A DNA stretch of 64,000 bases from Verrucomicrobiota bacterium (GCA_049510745.1 JBEKYR010000008.1:64001-128000); one strand, 5' to 3'. Shown: positions 51,945 to 62,735, numbered from the stretch's first letter. The notes: generated from the sequence alone by a model not told the origin. Translations and numbers: made by a program.

Positions 51945-52232
51945 CTACGGCGAATCTTTATTCGTCGGGGATTTGTTGTGCGAATTGGCCATGGAATCCA
52001 CCTTCTCCCGTAGCAATCTTACTTCCTTGATGAGTTCTCTGATTTCGCTTTCATGGTTCTTGTTGGCTGATTCGAGAAAAAAACTGGAAATGTAAGCCGT
52101 AAACGTTGCAAACAGGCCGACCCCGGCAATCATCAAGAGAACCGCAACACCTCTGCCTTCGAGTGTAACCGGGTACTTATCTCCGTATCCGACTGTTGTC
52201 ACGGTTGTAATTGCCCACCATAATGCGTCGTA
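51945..52232 (-). pseudogene. C-terminal fragment of a potassium channel
   Basis: DALWWAITTVTTVGYGD pore, inner helix and coiled coil; N-terminal helices missing; low GC. Confidence 0.85.
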
Positions 52233-52244
52233 TACAACGTGCGC

Positions 52245-52380
52245 CGACGTCAACGCAGGCGTCGGGGAGTTTGGGGAGTTGTTCCAGATTGTCGCCGCAA
52301 TAAATGACGCGGGTGTCCACGAGCGCGGAGGAGGTCATCCGTGAGGGCGCGGGCGGGTTCACGTCGGATTTCGTCGCCAT
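52245..52380 (-). pseudogene. 5' stub of an N4/N6 (beta-class) DNA methyltransferase
   Basis: LVDTRVIYCGDNLEQLPKLPDACVD, truncated just before the expected DPP(F/Y) motif. Confidence 0.75.
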
Positions 52381-52452
52381 GAGGGGAGTTTAGGGAAACG
52401 GCGCGAAAAGAAAAGCATATCTCGGATCTCAAATTTCAGGGAAATGCGGCCA

Positions 52453-52590
52453 CCCAAATCCTAACGCGGCCTTACCGCCGAGCGATGACCTATACGATTA
52501 ACGAAGAAGCGGTCGGCGGGGGCGCCGACCGCCGCACGCGAGGGCGCGGGCGCTCCCCGGGATGTACTGCTACGGTTCTTTGGATTTGGG
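52453..52590 (+). repeat. REP/MITE-like element family C, copy 3, with 9-bp terminal inverted repeats
   Basis: CCCAAATCC ... GGATTTGGG; internal GC hairpins. Confidence 0.9.
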
Positions 52591-52594
52591 CGGG

Positions 52595-54178
52595 TCATTT
52601 CCTCTTGAACGTAAAAATGGCGTTGTCGGTTTTGCGCTCTTCTGCCGCGGCTTCCCTGCCCCAGCGGTACTCGGTGTGGGACGGGTAGATTTCCGCCACG
52701 CCGACTAAATCATACCCGGAGCCGGGGTAACGGCGGATCCAATTGAAAAGGGCCGGGTCGGCGTCCGCCCAGGTCATCCAGGAAGTGCCCGTATTGACCA
52801 CGACGAGAAACTCCGGTTTGGCCGTTTCGACATCGTGGATGAATTCCTGTTGCATGGCGCGGGCGTAGGGCTGGGGTTCAACCAGATCGTACATGTAAAT
52901 ATAGCCGCTGACGGAACGGCGCTGGGCGTAGAAATAAATCTCCGGCTCCGATCCGACCACGGCGAGGCGGTCCCGCGGCGCGGAGTGCTCGCGGATGAAG
53001 CGTCCGATCTCGAGGCATTCCACAAAGGGGCAGTTGAAGTAAATCGCGGCGGAGGCGACCGCCGGCGGCAACTCAAACCAGACGGCGCCATTCTGGTGGA
53101 CCAACCCGGCGCAAACCCCGATAAACAACCCCGCGGGAAGGAATCGCAACGGGGGAAACCGCGTCCGGGCCAGCAGGCCGGCAAAGGCCGGGACTGCCAG
53201 GCCGGCCAACAGGCTGATGGCCGGCAGCAGCACCACAAAGTAATGCTGGGCCAGGTAACGCCCGATCAAACACGCCGCGACGGAACAGATCAGGAACCCG
53301 GAAAAAAAGAATTTCCTCTCCGCCTGTCCCTTCTGGCACAACAACCACAGCAATCCCGCGACACCCATGAGAAACAACCATCGTTCGAAGCCGTGGGAAG
53401 ACATCTGCGCCAGGCGGTGCCGCACGAATCCGGCGGGCAACAATCCCGTATGCACTTGCGCATATGTAACGGTCCAAAACCAAAAGCGCCGAAAAGTTCC
53501 CGCCCGCCACAAAAGCAGGCAGGTCACGGCCAGCGGCGTGATCAGACCGGCGGAAAACAAGAACAAATTCCTGGCGCACAAGCGCCATTGCGCCACGCCC
53601 GCCACCCACGCGTCGCGCGCCAGCAGGGCGAGGGCGAAAAGGCCGAAGAACAGCCCCGGTTGTTTGCACAGGAAGGACAAGCCGAAGAGCAGGCCGCTGA
53701 GAAAGAGCGTGCTGCGTTTCCCGTTTTCGCGCGCCCGCAGCAGCAGGCACAAGCCGCCGAGGGCGTGGATGACGACCAGGTGGGTCGCGTGCGCCTGCAA
53801 TCCGAGCACTGACGAACTGAGCGAGAGCAGAACATAAGCGGCGCAGCAGACCAGGACCCCCGCCTCGTCGAACAACCGGCGGGCCAGATAGAATAACAGC
53901 GCCAGCGTGCCGAGGTTGATGAACAGAAAGCCGAGATGAATGCCGGAGGGGCTTTCGCCAAAGAGCGCCATGAGGAGCGCATAGGCGGCGTAAGTGCCGG
54001 GCATCTTGATGTTGAAGGCCAGTTGGTAAGGGGGGATGCCCTGGAGCATGAGCTGGCCCGAATAAGCGTATTCCCCTTCATCCCGTTCCAAGGGGATCGA
54101 GAGCAGGCGCAGGCGCACCCCCACCGCCAGCAACACCAGCAGGATCAAACCCGCGCTCCAGGCTTTTCGATACTTCAA
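52595..54178 (-). CDS. GT-C fold membrane glycosyltransferase (ArnT/PMT-like)
   Basis: ERDEGEYAY luminal motif, multiple TM helices, LCKQ, HYFV..LP. Confidence 0.85.
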   Translation of the reverse strand: MKYRKAWSAGLILLVLLAVGVRLRLLSIPLERDEGEYAYSGQLMLQGIPPYQLAFNIKMPGTYAAYALLMALFGESPSGIHLGFLFINLGTLALLFYLARRLFDEAGVLVCCAAYVLLSLSSSVLGLQAHATHLVVIHALGGLCLLLRARENGKRSTLFLSGLLFGLSFLCKQPGLFFGLFALALLARDAWVAGVAQWRLCARNLFLFSAGLITPLAVTCLLLWRAGTFRRFWFWTVTYAQVHTGLLPAGFVRHRLAQMSSHGFERWLFLMGVAGLLWLLCQKGQAERKFFFSGFLICSVAACLIGRYLAQHYFVVLLPAISLLAGLAVPAFAGLLARTRFPPLRFLPAGLFIGVCAGLVHQNGAVWFELPPAVASAAIYFNCPFVECLEIGRFIREHSAPRDRLAVVGSEPEIYFYAQRRSVSGYIYMYDLVEPQPYARAMQQEFIHDVETAKPEFLVVVNTGTSWMTWADADPALFNWIRRYPGSGYDLVGVAEIYPSHTEYRWGREAAAEERKTDNAIFTFKRK

Positions 54179-54241
54179 AGACAGAAATTTCGCAGACGTA
54201 TAGCAGGCGCCGCGCGCGGCGTCAAACTCCCCGCCTTGGGC

Positions 54242-55927
54242 CTACGGCGCCAGCGTCACGCCAATCATATAGAACTGCGCCGGGCCGTTGGTTGGATTAA
54301 CTGGAGTGGAGACCGTGAAAGATCCCGGGGCGAGCTGCGTCACGGTCGCGCTGAGAATGTTGGTGAAAGGGCCTTCGACGGCGCCGGCGTTTTGCAAAAC
54401 GAATTCCGAGGCGGAGTCGCTTTTTGAGCCAGTGAACTTGACCGTCACGTTTGTGCCGTCATCGGTGAAGCCGGTGATGATGGGCACAACCCGCATCAGG
54501 GCGGTGGTGCTCGTCTGGTTGGTGCCCGCGGGCGGCGAGAATACGCGCAGCCGATGCAGCGGGGCGCCTGCCGCAGCGTAGAGATTGCCCACGCTGTCCC
54601 AGGCGGTGACGAAATACTGGTTGGTTGCGTCCAGATTGGCCACCACGTTCGTCCCGGTGAGGGCGTCGAGAATGCGAATCCCGTTGGTCACGGGGCCGCC
54701 GTTGAGGGCGCAGGCGACGTATTTGGGATGCTGGCGGGAATCGATGGTCGTGTCAAAAACACCCAGGAAATTATTGTCATTGGTCCCGGCGGTCCAGCCG
54801 GTCCCATTGGTCACGGCCTCGCCGTTAAAGGCCATGCCGTCGTTCCAATTGGTAAAGACCATGCACTGGGCGTTGGTGTCGCCGGTGTTAGTTAGAAGAT
54901 ATTGGCCGACGAAAATGTCCATGTTGGCATCGACCATCAGGCCCCCCGAAGCGGCGACGCTGAGAGGGCCGCCGAGGGCGGCGGCGACGGCCCAGTTGCC
55001 GGTTTGGTCATTGGGGTCGGCGACGCCGTTGGTCAGATGCCAGTTCCAAATGCCCGCGCCCAGGAGGTCATTATCGCCCAGCCAGACCAGGCCGTTGGTC
55101 GTGCCCGCGCCGGTGATGTCCATGGAGAACCAGCCGTTGAAGCTGGAGAAGATAATGCCCGCAAACGGGTTTTGGGTGTAATTATTCTGATCCAAAACCA
55201 CTTGATAGGAGTTGAGCGTCGGATCGAAGGAGACGACTTCGCCCCATTCGGTCAAGTCATTCATATAGAGCAGGTCATCGTCGGCCACCCTCATTTTGAG
55301 CGGCACATCGCTGTAGCCATCGTCGTAAATCCCGTCAAAACCGCCGGTGCCATCGGTGCCGTCGCCGGGGAAGGTGCCATCGGCGTTGAGCTTCAAAATC
55401 GTGTCCCGGTCTCCGGGCACGGTTTCGGGATGGGGGCCGGCGCCGGCGTTGCCGACAAAGATGCGGCCGCAAAAGAGGCTGTTGGAATTGTTATCGACAG
55501 CCAGGCCGCGCGGGTCAAAGACATAGTTGCCGGGATTGGTGTCGTGGCTGATTTGGGTCCAATTGGTGTAACCGGCGGCGGCCGGGGTGATGGTGATGAG
55601 GTAGTTGCCGGTGGGGACAGCGATGCCGTTGCTGTTATTGCCGTCCCAAACGAAGAGGTTGCTTCCCATGAGGGCGCCGTTGGCGCCGGGCGGGGCGGTG
55701 AGCACGCGCACCAGGTTTGAACCGGAAGTGACGGCAATGGTTGTTCCGAGAGTGGCCGGCTCGTTGAGAATGTAGGTGATGACGACGTTGCCCGGCGCCA
55801 CGCCGGTCACCAAACTGCGCGCGCCGTCCAATTGCACAGCCGTGGCATAGACGTTGGCGCGGGCGCTGGAGAGCAGCAGCGGGGCGGCCATGACAACGGC
55901 AAGCAACCTCCCAATAAATTTCCTCAT
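54242..55927 (-). CDS. Secreted protein with FlgD Ig-like domain and probable beta-propeller
   Basis: Signal peptide, VWDG....G..VPTG.Y, PRGLAVD, C-terminal QFY.I tail. Confidence 0.75.
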   Translation of the reverse strand: MRKFIGRLLAVVMAAPLLLSSARANVYATAVQLDGARSLVTGVAPGNVVITYILNEPATLGTTIAVTSGSNLVRVLTAPPGANGALMGSNLFVWDGNNSNGIAVPTGNYLITITPAAAGYTNWTQISHDTNPGNYVFDPRGLAVDNNSNSLFCGRIFVGNAGAGPHPETVPGDRDTILKLNADGTFPGDGTDGTGGFDGIYDDGYSDVPLKMRVADDDLLYMNDLTEWGEVVSFDPTLNSYQVVLDQNNYTQNPFAGIIFSSFNGWFSMDITGAGTTNGLVWLGDNDLLGAGIWNWHLTNGVADPNDQTGNWAVAAALGGPLSVAASGGLMVDANMDIFVGQYLLTNTGDTNAQCMVFTNWNDGMAFNGEAVTNGTGWTAGTNDNNFLGVFDTTIDSRQHPKYVACALNGGPVTNGIRILDALTGTNVVANLDATNQYFVTAWDSVGNLYAAAGAPLHRLRVFSPPAGTNQTSTTALMRVVPIITGFTDDGTNVTVKFTGSKSDSASEFVLQNAGAVEGPFTNILSATVTQLAPGSFTVSTPVNPTNGPAQFYMIGVTLAP

Positions 55928-56169
55928 GTTGACACTAATATAACGCAAAACGCGCCGCTGGTAAACAGTTTCTTGGGGTTCTGTTGGATGGCCCCGTTCT
56001 CCGTTTTGCCGACGAAGCAGTCGGCTCCGTTGGTCCCGCCGCCGGAGGTCGTGCCGCAACAACTGCCATCCCCGCCCCCAACCATGCGACTATTCTCCCG
56101 GCCTTGGCGGGATGACAAGCATTTTCGGAGTTCCCTCCAATTCCTCCAGGACGGGCCTTGTTCGGGATG

Positions 56170-56901
56170 CTATGCACCTGACTTTACTTTCAAGTGTTGT
56201 TCGATAATCTCTTTCACATAGCCGGGAATATTTTTTTGAAGCTCGAGAGTTTGTCGCTTCAACTTCTCATAAATGTCCACTTCCGATTCCATCTACAGAA
56301 TATCGGCGCGACGAATCTGCCGCATGGCGACGTGCGTGTAATTTTCGGGGAATGCCCAGTAACAATTCCGGCAAATTTCGAGCTTCTTCAATTCGAGCCA
56401 GTTGACGCAATGCTCGCAAGACCAGGATTTCGCACGATTTGCCGAACCGCAGAGCAGCATGTAATCAGGCACAGCCATTTCAGCGCCGCGAACGTCGCCC
56501 AAAACTTCAAATGGAACACGATGGTCAATTTGCAGTTCGCGCTCGGGAAAGGGCGTCATGTAAATCGCACAACGTTGACCGTGCAGCGCAATCAACTTTT
56601 GTTTTAATTCTCTGCCCAAAACCGTTCGGCCAACCTGGCTTCCAAATCTCGCCTTGCGCGGATCGCCAAAGCGATAAGCGGCAATCTTTCGACCATCGCT
56701 GCCTGCGACTCGAAACATCTCGATGGGGATGCCGTGCTCCTTCACATCTCGAACAGCGCGAGGCGGATGGTTGTAGCCGTATTTGTCTTTCAATTCCTGG
56801 GTCGTGATGAAACCGTGTTTGAGAATATGCGTGATGACCGTCCGAGGACGTTTGGCTTTGACCGCTTTGCATAGTTTCAAAAACTCTGAAGGGAGTTTCA
56901 T
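56170..56901 (-). pseudogene. HNH-type restriction endonuclease with in-frame TAG at 56293-56295
   Basis: LQIDHRVP..LCGSANRAKSWSCEHC..C..C; the frame continues 40 codons past the TAG (MESEVDIYEKLK...KSGA); ATGA-coupled to the methylase. Confidence 0.7.
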
Positions 56902-57812
56902 TTCGCTTTCTCCTCCAGCAATGCCAATTGCTTTGCGGAATCGCGCGGGTAACGTCGGGCAAGATGCAGGGATTCCGCCAAGGCGGGCGACAAGTAAAGC
57001 GACTCGATGGTGATTTCCGCGCGGCCTAACAGCGTGGCCTGGGACGAGCGTCCGGCGCGTAATTCGACATGATGCAGCCGCAAACGCTCCGGCAACTTGC
57101 GTCCATGCACGCGCTCGCCCGTCCGTCCGTCGTAGCTGACAAGGTATTTGATGTCGCGATAATTGAGCGTTTCCAACACTTCGACAAATTCATTGAACAA
57201 GACGCCTTGAAGATAACGCGGGTCGCGTTCGCCGCAGACGCCTTGATACGGCGGGTCTAAATAAAGGAGATCGTCTGGCGTGGTTCGCGCGACAATTTCC
57301 TTGTAATCACTGGCGATGCAGGCGGTTTTCCCCCGGAGCAAATGGGACGCGCCGAGGATTTGCAGACGCATCGTTTCCGGCAGCGCGCCCATGCGGCGAT
57401 TATCCGGGCTTTGATTGAATTGGCCGCCGGCGTTGTAGCGCACGGAAGCCTTCACGCAGCGCGCCAGAAGATAAAGAAAACGATCCGGCCTGCCGGTGCG
57501 ATTGAATTGTTCGCGAACTTTGTCGTAATACTGCCGTCTGTCATCGTGCTGCGCCCGCCAAAGCGTTTCATACTGGCGGGCGAGTTTTTCGGGCGATTCG
57601 ATGATGGCACGCCATAATTCCACCAGCGGCTGATTCAGGTCGGCGATGACGTATCGCTCCGCGAGTCCGCGCGCGGCAGCCGCCAGCGTCAAGGCCGCCG
57701 AACCAGCGAACGGTTCAATCAGCGTCGCAACGTTCTGTGGAAAAAATTCCAGAATTGCCGGCGCCAGATTCCGCTTGCTGCCCTGGTAAGGAATTGGGTG
57801 CGGAACTTTCAT
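56898..57812 (-). CDS. Dam-family (D12 class) DNA adenine methylase
   Basis: PYQGSKR, EPFAGSA, YLDPPY. Confidence 0.92.
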   Translation of the reverse strand: MKVPHPIPYQGSKRNLAPAILEFFPQNVATLIEPFAGSAALTLAAAARGLAERYVIADLNQPLVELWRAIIESPEKLARQYETLWRAQHDDRRQYYDKVREQFNRTGRPDRFLYLLARCVKASVRYNAGGQFNQSPDNRRMGALPETMRLQILGASHLLRGKTACIASDYKEIVARTTPDDLLYLDPPYQGVCGERDPRYLQGVLFNEFVEVLETLNYRDIKYLVSYDGRTGERVHGRKLPERLRLHHVELRAGRSSQATLLGRAEITIESLYLSPALAESLHLARRYPRDSAKQLALLEEKAK

Positions 57813-57824
57813 ACCTTCGCAAAC

Positions 57825-57935
57825 TTAGCAGACGATTTCGTTTTGAAAATTATTTTCGCCGAAAATCTGGCCGGGCATGACGTTAACGTAGTGGCTGCCG
57901 TGCCAGTCGCAGGGGTGGTTCCAGATTGTCGCAAG
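57825..57935 (-). pseudogene. Internally deleted remnant of a beta-class DNA methyltransferase
   Basis: CDNLE followed by CDWHGSHYVNVMPGQIFGENNFQNEIVC* (57911-57825), resembling the H.VK..LD.IFG..NF.NEI.W motif. Confidence 0.7.
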
Positions 57936-58033
57936 GAGGGAAATGCGCCCAAAGTCTCCGTTGACCGGGGCGCTTTTTTGCGGTTCAATGCCCGGCACTC
58001 GGACGCCGGGGTCCCACCTGACGCCCGCGTTTG

Positions 58034-59080
58034 ATGCTCACACAACATGACATCCTGGAGGCGCTCAGGGCGGTGCGGTATCCCGGCTATTCGCGGGATG
58101 TGGTTTCGTTCGGCCTGGTCAGGAATATCGCGGTCAACGGCGGCGCGGTGAGCGTTTTCTTCCAGTTGAACGGGGGCAACGCGGAGATCGCCCGCCAAAT
58201 CAAGAGCGAGGCGGAGAGTGTCCTCCGCGCCGTCAAAGGGGTGGAGCAGTTGCACGTCGAGGTGGCGGAGACTCCCGGAGCGAAAGCCCCCGCTCCAGCC
58301 CAGAGCGCCGGGGGCCAGAGCAACCGCGTGCCGGGAATCCGGCGCATCGTCGCGGTGGCCAGCGGCAAGGGCGGCGTCGGCAAGTCCACGGTGTCGGCCA
58401 ACCTGGCCTGCGCGTTGCGGCAATTGGGCGGGGCGGTCGGGTTGCTCGATTGCGATATTTACGGGCCAAGCATCCCGCTGATGATGGGCACGCGCGACAA
58501 ACCGACCGTCAGCGAGGCGGAAAAACTGGTGCCGCCCTCCAGCCACGGCGTCAAGCTCATGAGCATGGGTTTTTTGATCGACGACAACGCGCCGGTGATT
58601 TGGCGCGGGCCGATGATTGTGAAGACGATCCAGCAATTCATCGGCGACGTGGAATGGGGCGAGTTGGATTATTTGCTGGTGGACCTGCCGCCGGGAACGG
58701 GCGACGCCCAGCTTACACTCTGCCAGACCGTCCCGCTGGACGGCGGAGTGATTGTCACCACCCCGCAGGAAGCTTCGCTGGGCGTGGTGCGCAAGGGGAT
58801 TGCCATGTTTGAGAAGCTCAACGTGCCGATCCTGGGCATCATCGAAAATATGAGCTATTACACCACGCCCACCGGGGAGCGGGTGGAGATATTTGGTCAT
58901 GGCGGGGGCAAGGCGGAGGCGGAGCGGCGCAAAGTGCCCTTTTTGGGGGAGATTCCTATCTTCGTCGAAATCCGCCGTGGCGGCGATTCCGGCGTGCCGG
59001 TCGTCGTATCAGATACGCAAGCGGCTCCGGCGCAAGCCTTTATAGGGATTGCGAAGACCTTGCGCGCCGCCTTGGGATAG
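58034..59080 (+). CDS. mrp: Mrp/NBP35 (ApbC) Fe-S carrier ATPase
   Basis: SGKGGVGKST, DIYGPS, WRGPM, DLPPGTGD, ENMS. Confidence 0.95.
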   Translation: MLTQHDILEALRAVRYPGYSRDVVSFGLVRNIAVNGGAVSVFFQLNGGNAEIARQIKSEAESVLRAVKGVEQLHVEVAETPGAKAPAPAQSAGGQSNRVPGIRRIVAVASGKGGVGKSTVSANLACALRQLGGAVGLLDCDIYGPSIPLMMGTRDKPTVSEAEKLVPPSSHGVKLMSMGFLIDDNAPVIWRGPMIVKTIQQFIGDVEWGELDYLLVDLPPGTGDAQLTLCQTVPLDGGVIVTTPQEASLGVVRKGIAMFEKLNVPILGIIENMSYYTTPTGERVEIFGHGGGKAEAERRKVPFLGEIPIFVEIRRGGDSGVPVVVSDTQAAPAQAFIGIAKTLRAALG

Positions 59081-59099
59081 GGTATCATAATAAGTGCTT

Positions 59100-59456
59100 A
59101 TGGATTCTCTTGCGAACCATGGCCAGGAAGGGAAAAAACCAAACGGGGACAGTCACGCCCTCGAGGATTTGATTTGGACGGAACTCCGTCAGTGTTATGA
59201 TCCGGAGATTCCGCTGAACATCGTCGATTTGGGCCTGGTGTACGGCGTGGCGGTCAAGGATGGCCGAGTGGATGTAAAAATGACCCTGACATCGCCGGGC
59301 TGCCACTTGGGCGGGCAGATAGCCGGCAAGGTGCAGGAGCGGGTTCTGGCTCTGGACGAGATAGAGGAGGCCAATGTGGAGTTGGTTTGGGACCCGCCTT
59401 GGCATCAAAGCATGATCAGCGCGGCGGGGCGGAGATCGCTCGGTTTGGACGGATAA
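59100..59456 (+). CDS. Metal-sulfur cluster assembly factor (DUF59/SufT-like)
   Basis: YDPEIPLNIVDLGLVY, MTLTSPGC, VWDPPW. Confidence 0.92.
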   Translation: MDSLANHGQEGKKPNGDSHALEDLIWTELRQCYDPEIPLNIVDLGLVYGVAVKDGRVDVKMTLTSPGCHLGGQIAGKVQERVLALDEIEEANVELVWDPPWHQSMISAAGRRSLGLDG

Positions 59457-59525
59457 ATTATGTTGATTTTGAAGAACCGTAACCGTATTGTCGCGCGCAC
59501 GTAACAACAAATAGACAAACCAGCT

Positions 59526-59753
59526 ATGGCCAACACAGTAGAAAACTCGACGGGCAGCGACTTGGTGAAGAAGTCCTCGCTCTACCGCGAATTTCAGGCG
59601 GAACGCGAGGAGATTTTGAAGCACAAATGGATCGAATCGGAGAAGGCCGGCCATGATATAGGCTTCGAAACCGCATTGACGGATTGGATCATCAAGCACC
59701 GCAGCAAATGGCGCAAAGGCCGCCAGCCTCCCGTTGTTTCAAACAGCATGTAA
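59526..59753 (+). CDS. DUF4032-like small protein
   Basis: EILKHKWIESEKAG.DIG. Confidence 0.75.
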   Translation: MANTVENSTGSDLVKKSSLYREFQAEREEILKHKWIESEKAGHDIGFETALTDWIIKHRSKWRKGRQPPVVSNSM

Positions 59754-59770
59754 CGCCGGTTGTCCGGCCT

Positions 59771-59804
59771 GCCTTCGAGCGCGATCCTGCGAGGTCGCAA
59801 AGGC
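59771..59804 (+). promoter_or_regulatory. PyrR-binding RNA stem-loop
   Basis: GCCTT..GCGATCCTGCGAGGTCGC.AAGGC matches the TCCNGNGAGGY binding loop. Confidence 0.85.
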
Positions 59805-59828
59805 GATGAAAATGGAAATTTTGAACAT

Positions 59829-59867
59829 CGAACCGGCCTGGATTTACCGGGTGGGTTCGGCTTTTTT
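59829..59867 (+). terminator. Attenuator terminator of pyrR-pyrB
   Basis: CGAACC..CCTGG/CCGGG..GGTTCG stem plus T6 immediately before the ATG. Confidence 0.75.
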
Positions 59868-60401
59868 ATGCCCCAGTCCGTTGTCGTCCTGAACGGAGCG
59901 GCGATGCAGCGCGTGCTCACCCGCATCGCCCACGAGATTGCCGAGCGCAATGAAAACAGCGCCGAAGTGGTGCTGGTCGGCATCCAGCGGGGCGGGGTCT
60001 TTCTGGCCCGCCGCCTGGCCGCGACGCTGCAATCGATCTGGAACCACCCCGTCCCCGTCGGCGCCCTGGACGTGGGGATGCATCGGGACGATCTGAACCA
60101 GAATGCCGCCCCGAACATGCAGCCCACCGTGATCCCATTTGATATCACCGGAAAAACGGTCATTTTGGTCGATGACGTGCTTTTTAGCGGGCGCACCACG
60201 CGCGCGGCGCTGGATGCGTTGAACGATTTTGGCCGCGCCCAGCGGATTCAGTTGGCCGTTTTGGTGGACCGCGGCCATCGTGAACTGCCGATCAAAGCGG
60301 ACTTCGTCGGGAAAAATGTCCCGACGGCCGCCCGGGAACGGGTCGATGTCCGCTTCCAAGAAGAGGGCGGCCCGGACGAAGTGGCGTTGGAACGGAACTG
60401 A
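59868..60401 (+). CDS. pyrR: Pyrimidine regulator / uracil phosphoribosyltransferase
   Basis: [28 protein letters not shown]. Confidence 0.96.
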   Translation: MPQSVVVLNGAAMQRVLTRIAHEIAERNENSAEVVLVGIQRGGVFLARRLAATLQSIWNHPVPVGALDVGMHRDDLNQNAAPNMQPTVIPFDITGKTVILVDDVLFSGRTTRAALDALNDFGRAQRIQLAVLVDRGHRELPIKADFVGKNVPTAARERVDVRFQEEGGPDEVALERN

Positions 60402-60403
60402 AC

Positions 60404-61345
60404 ATGGCCTGGAACCGGAAACATCTTCTGGACATTCAATCGCTGGGCGCGGACGAGATCGTCACGGTGCTGGACACGGCGCGGGCGTTCAAAGCGGTCG
60501 GGGAACGGGCGATCAAGAAGGTGCCGGCCCTGCGGGGCAAGACGGTCGTCAATTTGTTCGTCGAGCCGTCCACCCGCACGCGGATCAGCTTTGAATTGGC
60601 CGAGCAGCGCCTCACGGCCGACGTGATCAACTTCTCCGCCGAAGCCTCCTCCCTGAAGAAGGGAGAGACGCTCAAAGACACGGCCCGCAATCTGGAGGCG
60701 CTCAACGCGGACTTCATCGTCATGCGCCACAGCGCCAGCGGCGCGCCGCATTTTCTTGCGCGTTTTCTGCGCTCCAGCGTGATCAACGCCGGCGACGGCG
60801 CGCACGAGCATCCGACCCAGGCGCTGCTGGACGCCTTTACCATCCGGGAGAAGCGGGGCAAGATCGAGGGATTGAAGGTGACGATCCTGGGCGACATCCT
60901 TTACAGCCGGGTGGCACGCTCGAACATCTGGGCGCTGACCAAACTGGGGGCGCGGGTGACGTTATGCGGCCCCGCCACCCTGGTGCCGCGCGTCTTCGAG
61001 AAAATGGGCTGCCGCGTCACCTACAACGTGGACGAAGCCATCGCCGAGGCGGACGTGATCAATCTGCTGCGCATTCAACACGAGCGCCAGCGCAAGACGA
61101 TGTTTCCGAGCATCGGCGAATACACCAGCCTATTCGGCCTGACCAAGGCCCGGCTGGCGCGGACCAAACCGGAAGCGCTGATCATGCACCCCGGCCCGAT
61201 CAACCGCGGGGTGGAAATCGACAGCGAGATCGCCGACTCGGCGCGGTCGCTCATCCTCGACCAGGTGACCAACGGCCTGGCCGTGCGCATGGCGGTCCTT
61301 TTCCTCATCAACGGCGGGCAAGGCCCGCAGGGCGTGGCGGCCTGA
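60404..61345 (+). CDS. pyrB: Aspartate carbamoyltransferase catalytic subunit
   Basis: [22 protein letters not shown]. Confidence 0.97.
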   Translation: MAWNRKHLLDIQSLGADEIVTVLDTARAFKAVGERAIKKVPALRGKTVVNLFVEPSTRTRISFELAEQRLTADVINFSAEASSLKKGETLKDTARNLEALNADFIVMRHSASGAPHFLARFLRSSVINAGDGAHEHPTQALLDAFTIREKRGKIEGLKVTILGDILYSRVARSNIWALTKLGARVTLCGPATLVPRVFEKMGCRVTYNVDEAIAEADVINLLRIQHERQRKTMFPSIGEYTSLFGLTKARLARTKPEALIMHPGPINRGVEIDSEIADSARSLILDQVTNGLAVRMAVLFLINGGQGPQGVAA

Positions 61346-61437
61346 AGCCCGGGCAAGGCTCAAAAAAAAAGGACAGAATGCAGAAAAAGGGGTGGAAACC
61401 CGGAGCAAGGGCTGTATAAGATGGGGCACTTAATAAT

Positions 61438-62718
61438 ATGAATCAGAAAGCGCAATTGCAATTGGATGGCAAGGTGTACGAACTGCCGATAACGACCGGG
61501 AGCGAAGGGGAGAAGGCGGTGGATATATCGACGCTGCGGGACACGACGGGGTACATCACGCTGGATGACGGCTACGCGAACACCGGCTCGTGCAAAAGCG
61601 CGGTGACGTTTATTGACGGAGAGAAGGGGATTTTGCGGTACCGCGGCATCCCGATCGAGGAACTGGCGGTGAAATCAACGTTCATGGAGACGGCGTATTT
61701 GCTCATTTACGGGAAGCTGCCGACGCGGGAGCAGAAGACGCGGTTCTCGGATTTGTTGACACAGAACGAGAATTTGCACGAAGGAATGAAGTATCATTTC
61801 GAGGGGTTCCCCCCGTCGTCGCACCCGATGGCCATGCTCTCGGCCATGATCAACGCGAGCGGTTGTTTTTTCCCGGGATTGATGGAGCCGCCGGACTCGG
61901 AGCGTTTCGATCTTCAGGCGGCGCGGCTGATCTCGCAGGTGCGGACGATTGCGGCATTTTCGTACCGGAAATCGCTCGGGTTGCCGTTTGTCTATCCGAA
62001 GCCGAGCTACAAGTACACGGCGAACTTTCTCTACATGATGTTTTCGGATCCGTATGACAGTTATGAATTGAAGCCGGAAGTGGTGAAGGCGCTGGATTTG
62101 ATTTTTCTTCTGCACGCCGACCACGAGCAGAATTGCTCGACTTCGACCGTGCGGATGGTGGCGTCGAGCGAGGCGAATCTGTTCGCCAGCGCGGCGGCGG
62201 GGGTTTGCGCGCTGTGGGGGCCGCTGCACGGAGGGGCCAACCAGGCGGTGATCACGATGCTGGAGGCAATTCACCGCGAAGGCGACGACGGCCGGAAATT
62301 CATCACGGCGGTCAAGGACAAGAACAGCGGCAAGCGGCTGATGGGATTCGGGCACCGGGTTTACAAGAATTACGATCCGCGGGCCAAGATCATCAAGGCG
62401 GCCTGCGACGCGCTGCTGCACACGCTGCGCCGGGAGGACCCGTTGCTGGGCATCGCGCGCAAGCTGGAGGAGGCGGCGCTGCATGATTCGTATTTTGTGG
62501 AGCGCAAGCTGTATCCCAACGTTGATTTTTACAGCGGCATCATGATGCGGGCCATAGGGATTCCGACGGAGATGTTTACGGTCATGTTTGCCATCGGGCG
62601 GATGCCGGGATGGATCGCCAATTTCAAGGAGATACTGGACGAGCGGCGGAAGCGGATTTGCCGGCCCCGGCAGATCTATATCGGGCCGACGGAAACGCAT
62701 TACCTTCCGCCGGATTAG
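61438..62718 (+). CDS. gltA: Citrate synthase
   Basis: [31 protein letters not shown]. Confidence 0.98.
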   Translation: MNQKAQLQLDGKVYELPITTGSEGEKAVDISTLRDTTGYITLDDGYANTGSCKSAVTFIDGEKGILRYRGIPIEELAVKSTFMETAYLLIYGKLPTREQKTRFSDLLTQNENLHEGMKYHFEGFPPSSHPMAMLSAMINASGCFFPGLMEPPDSERFDLQAARLISQVRTIAAFSYRKSLGLPFVYPKPSYKYTANFLYMMFSDPYDSYELKPEVVKALDLIFLLHADHEQNCSTSTVRMVASSEANLFASAAAGVCALWGPLHGGANQAVITMLEAIHREGDDGRKFITAVKDKNSGKRLMGFGHRVYKNYDPRAKIIKAACDALLHTLRREDPLLGIARKLEEAALHDSYFVERKLYPNVDFYSGIMMRAIGIPTEMFTVMFAIGRMPGWIANFKEILDERRKRICRPRQIYIGPTETHYLPPD

Positions 62719-62735
62719 AGCGGTTTAAGAAATAG

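Noticed and set aside
56293..56295. Pyrrolysine or stop-codon reassignment
   Set aside because: TAG is used as a normal stop in many genes here, and no pyl machinery is visible.
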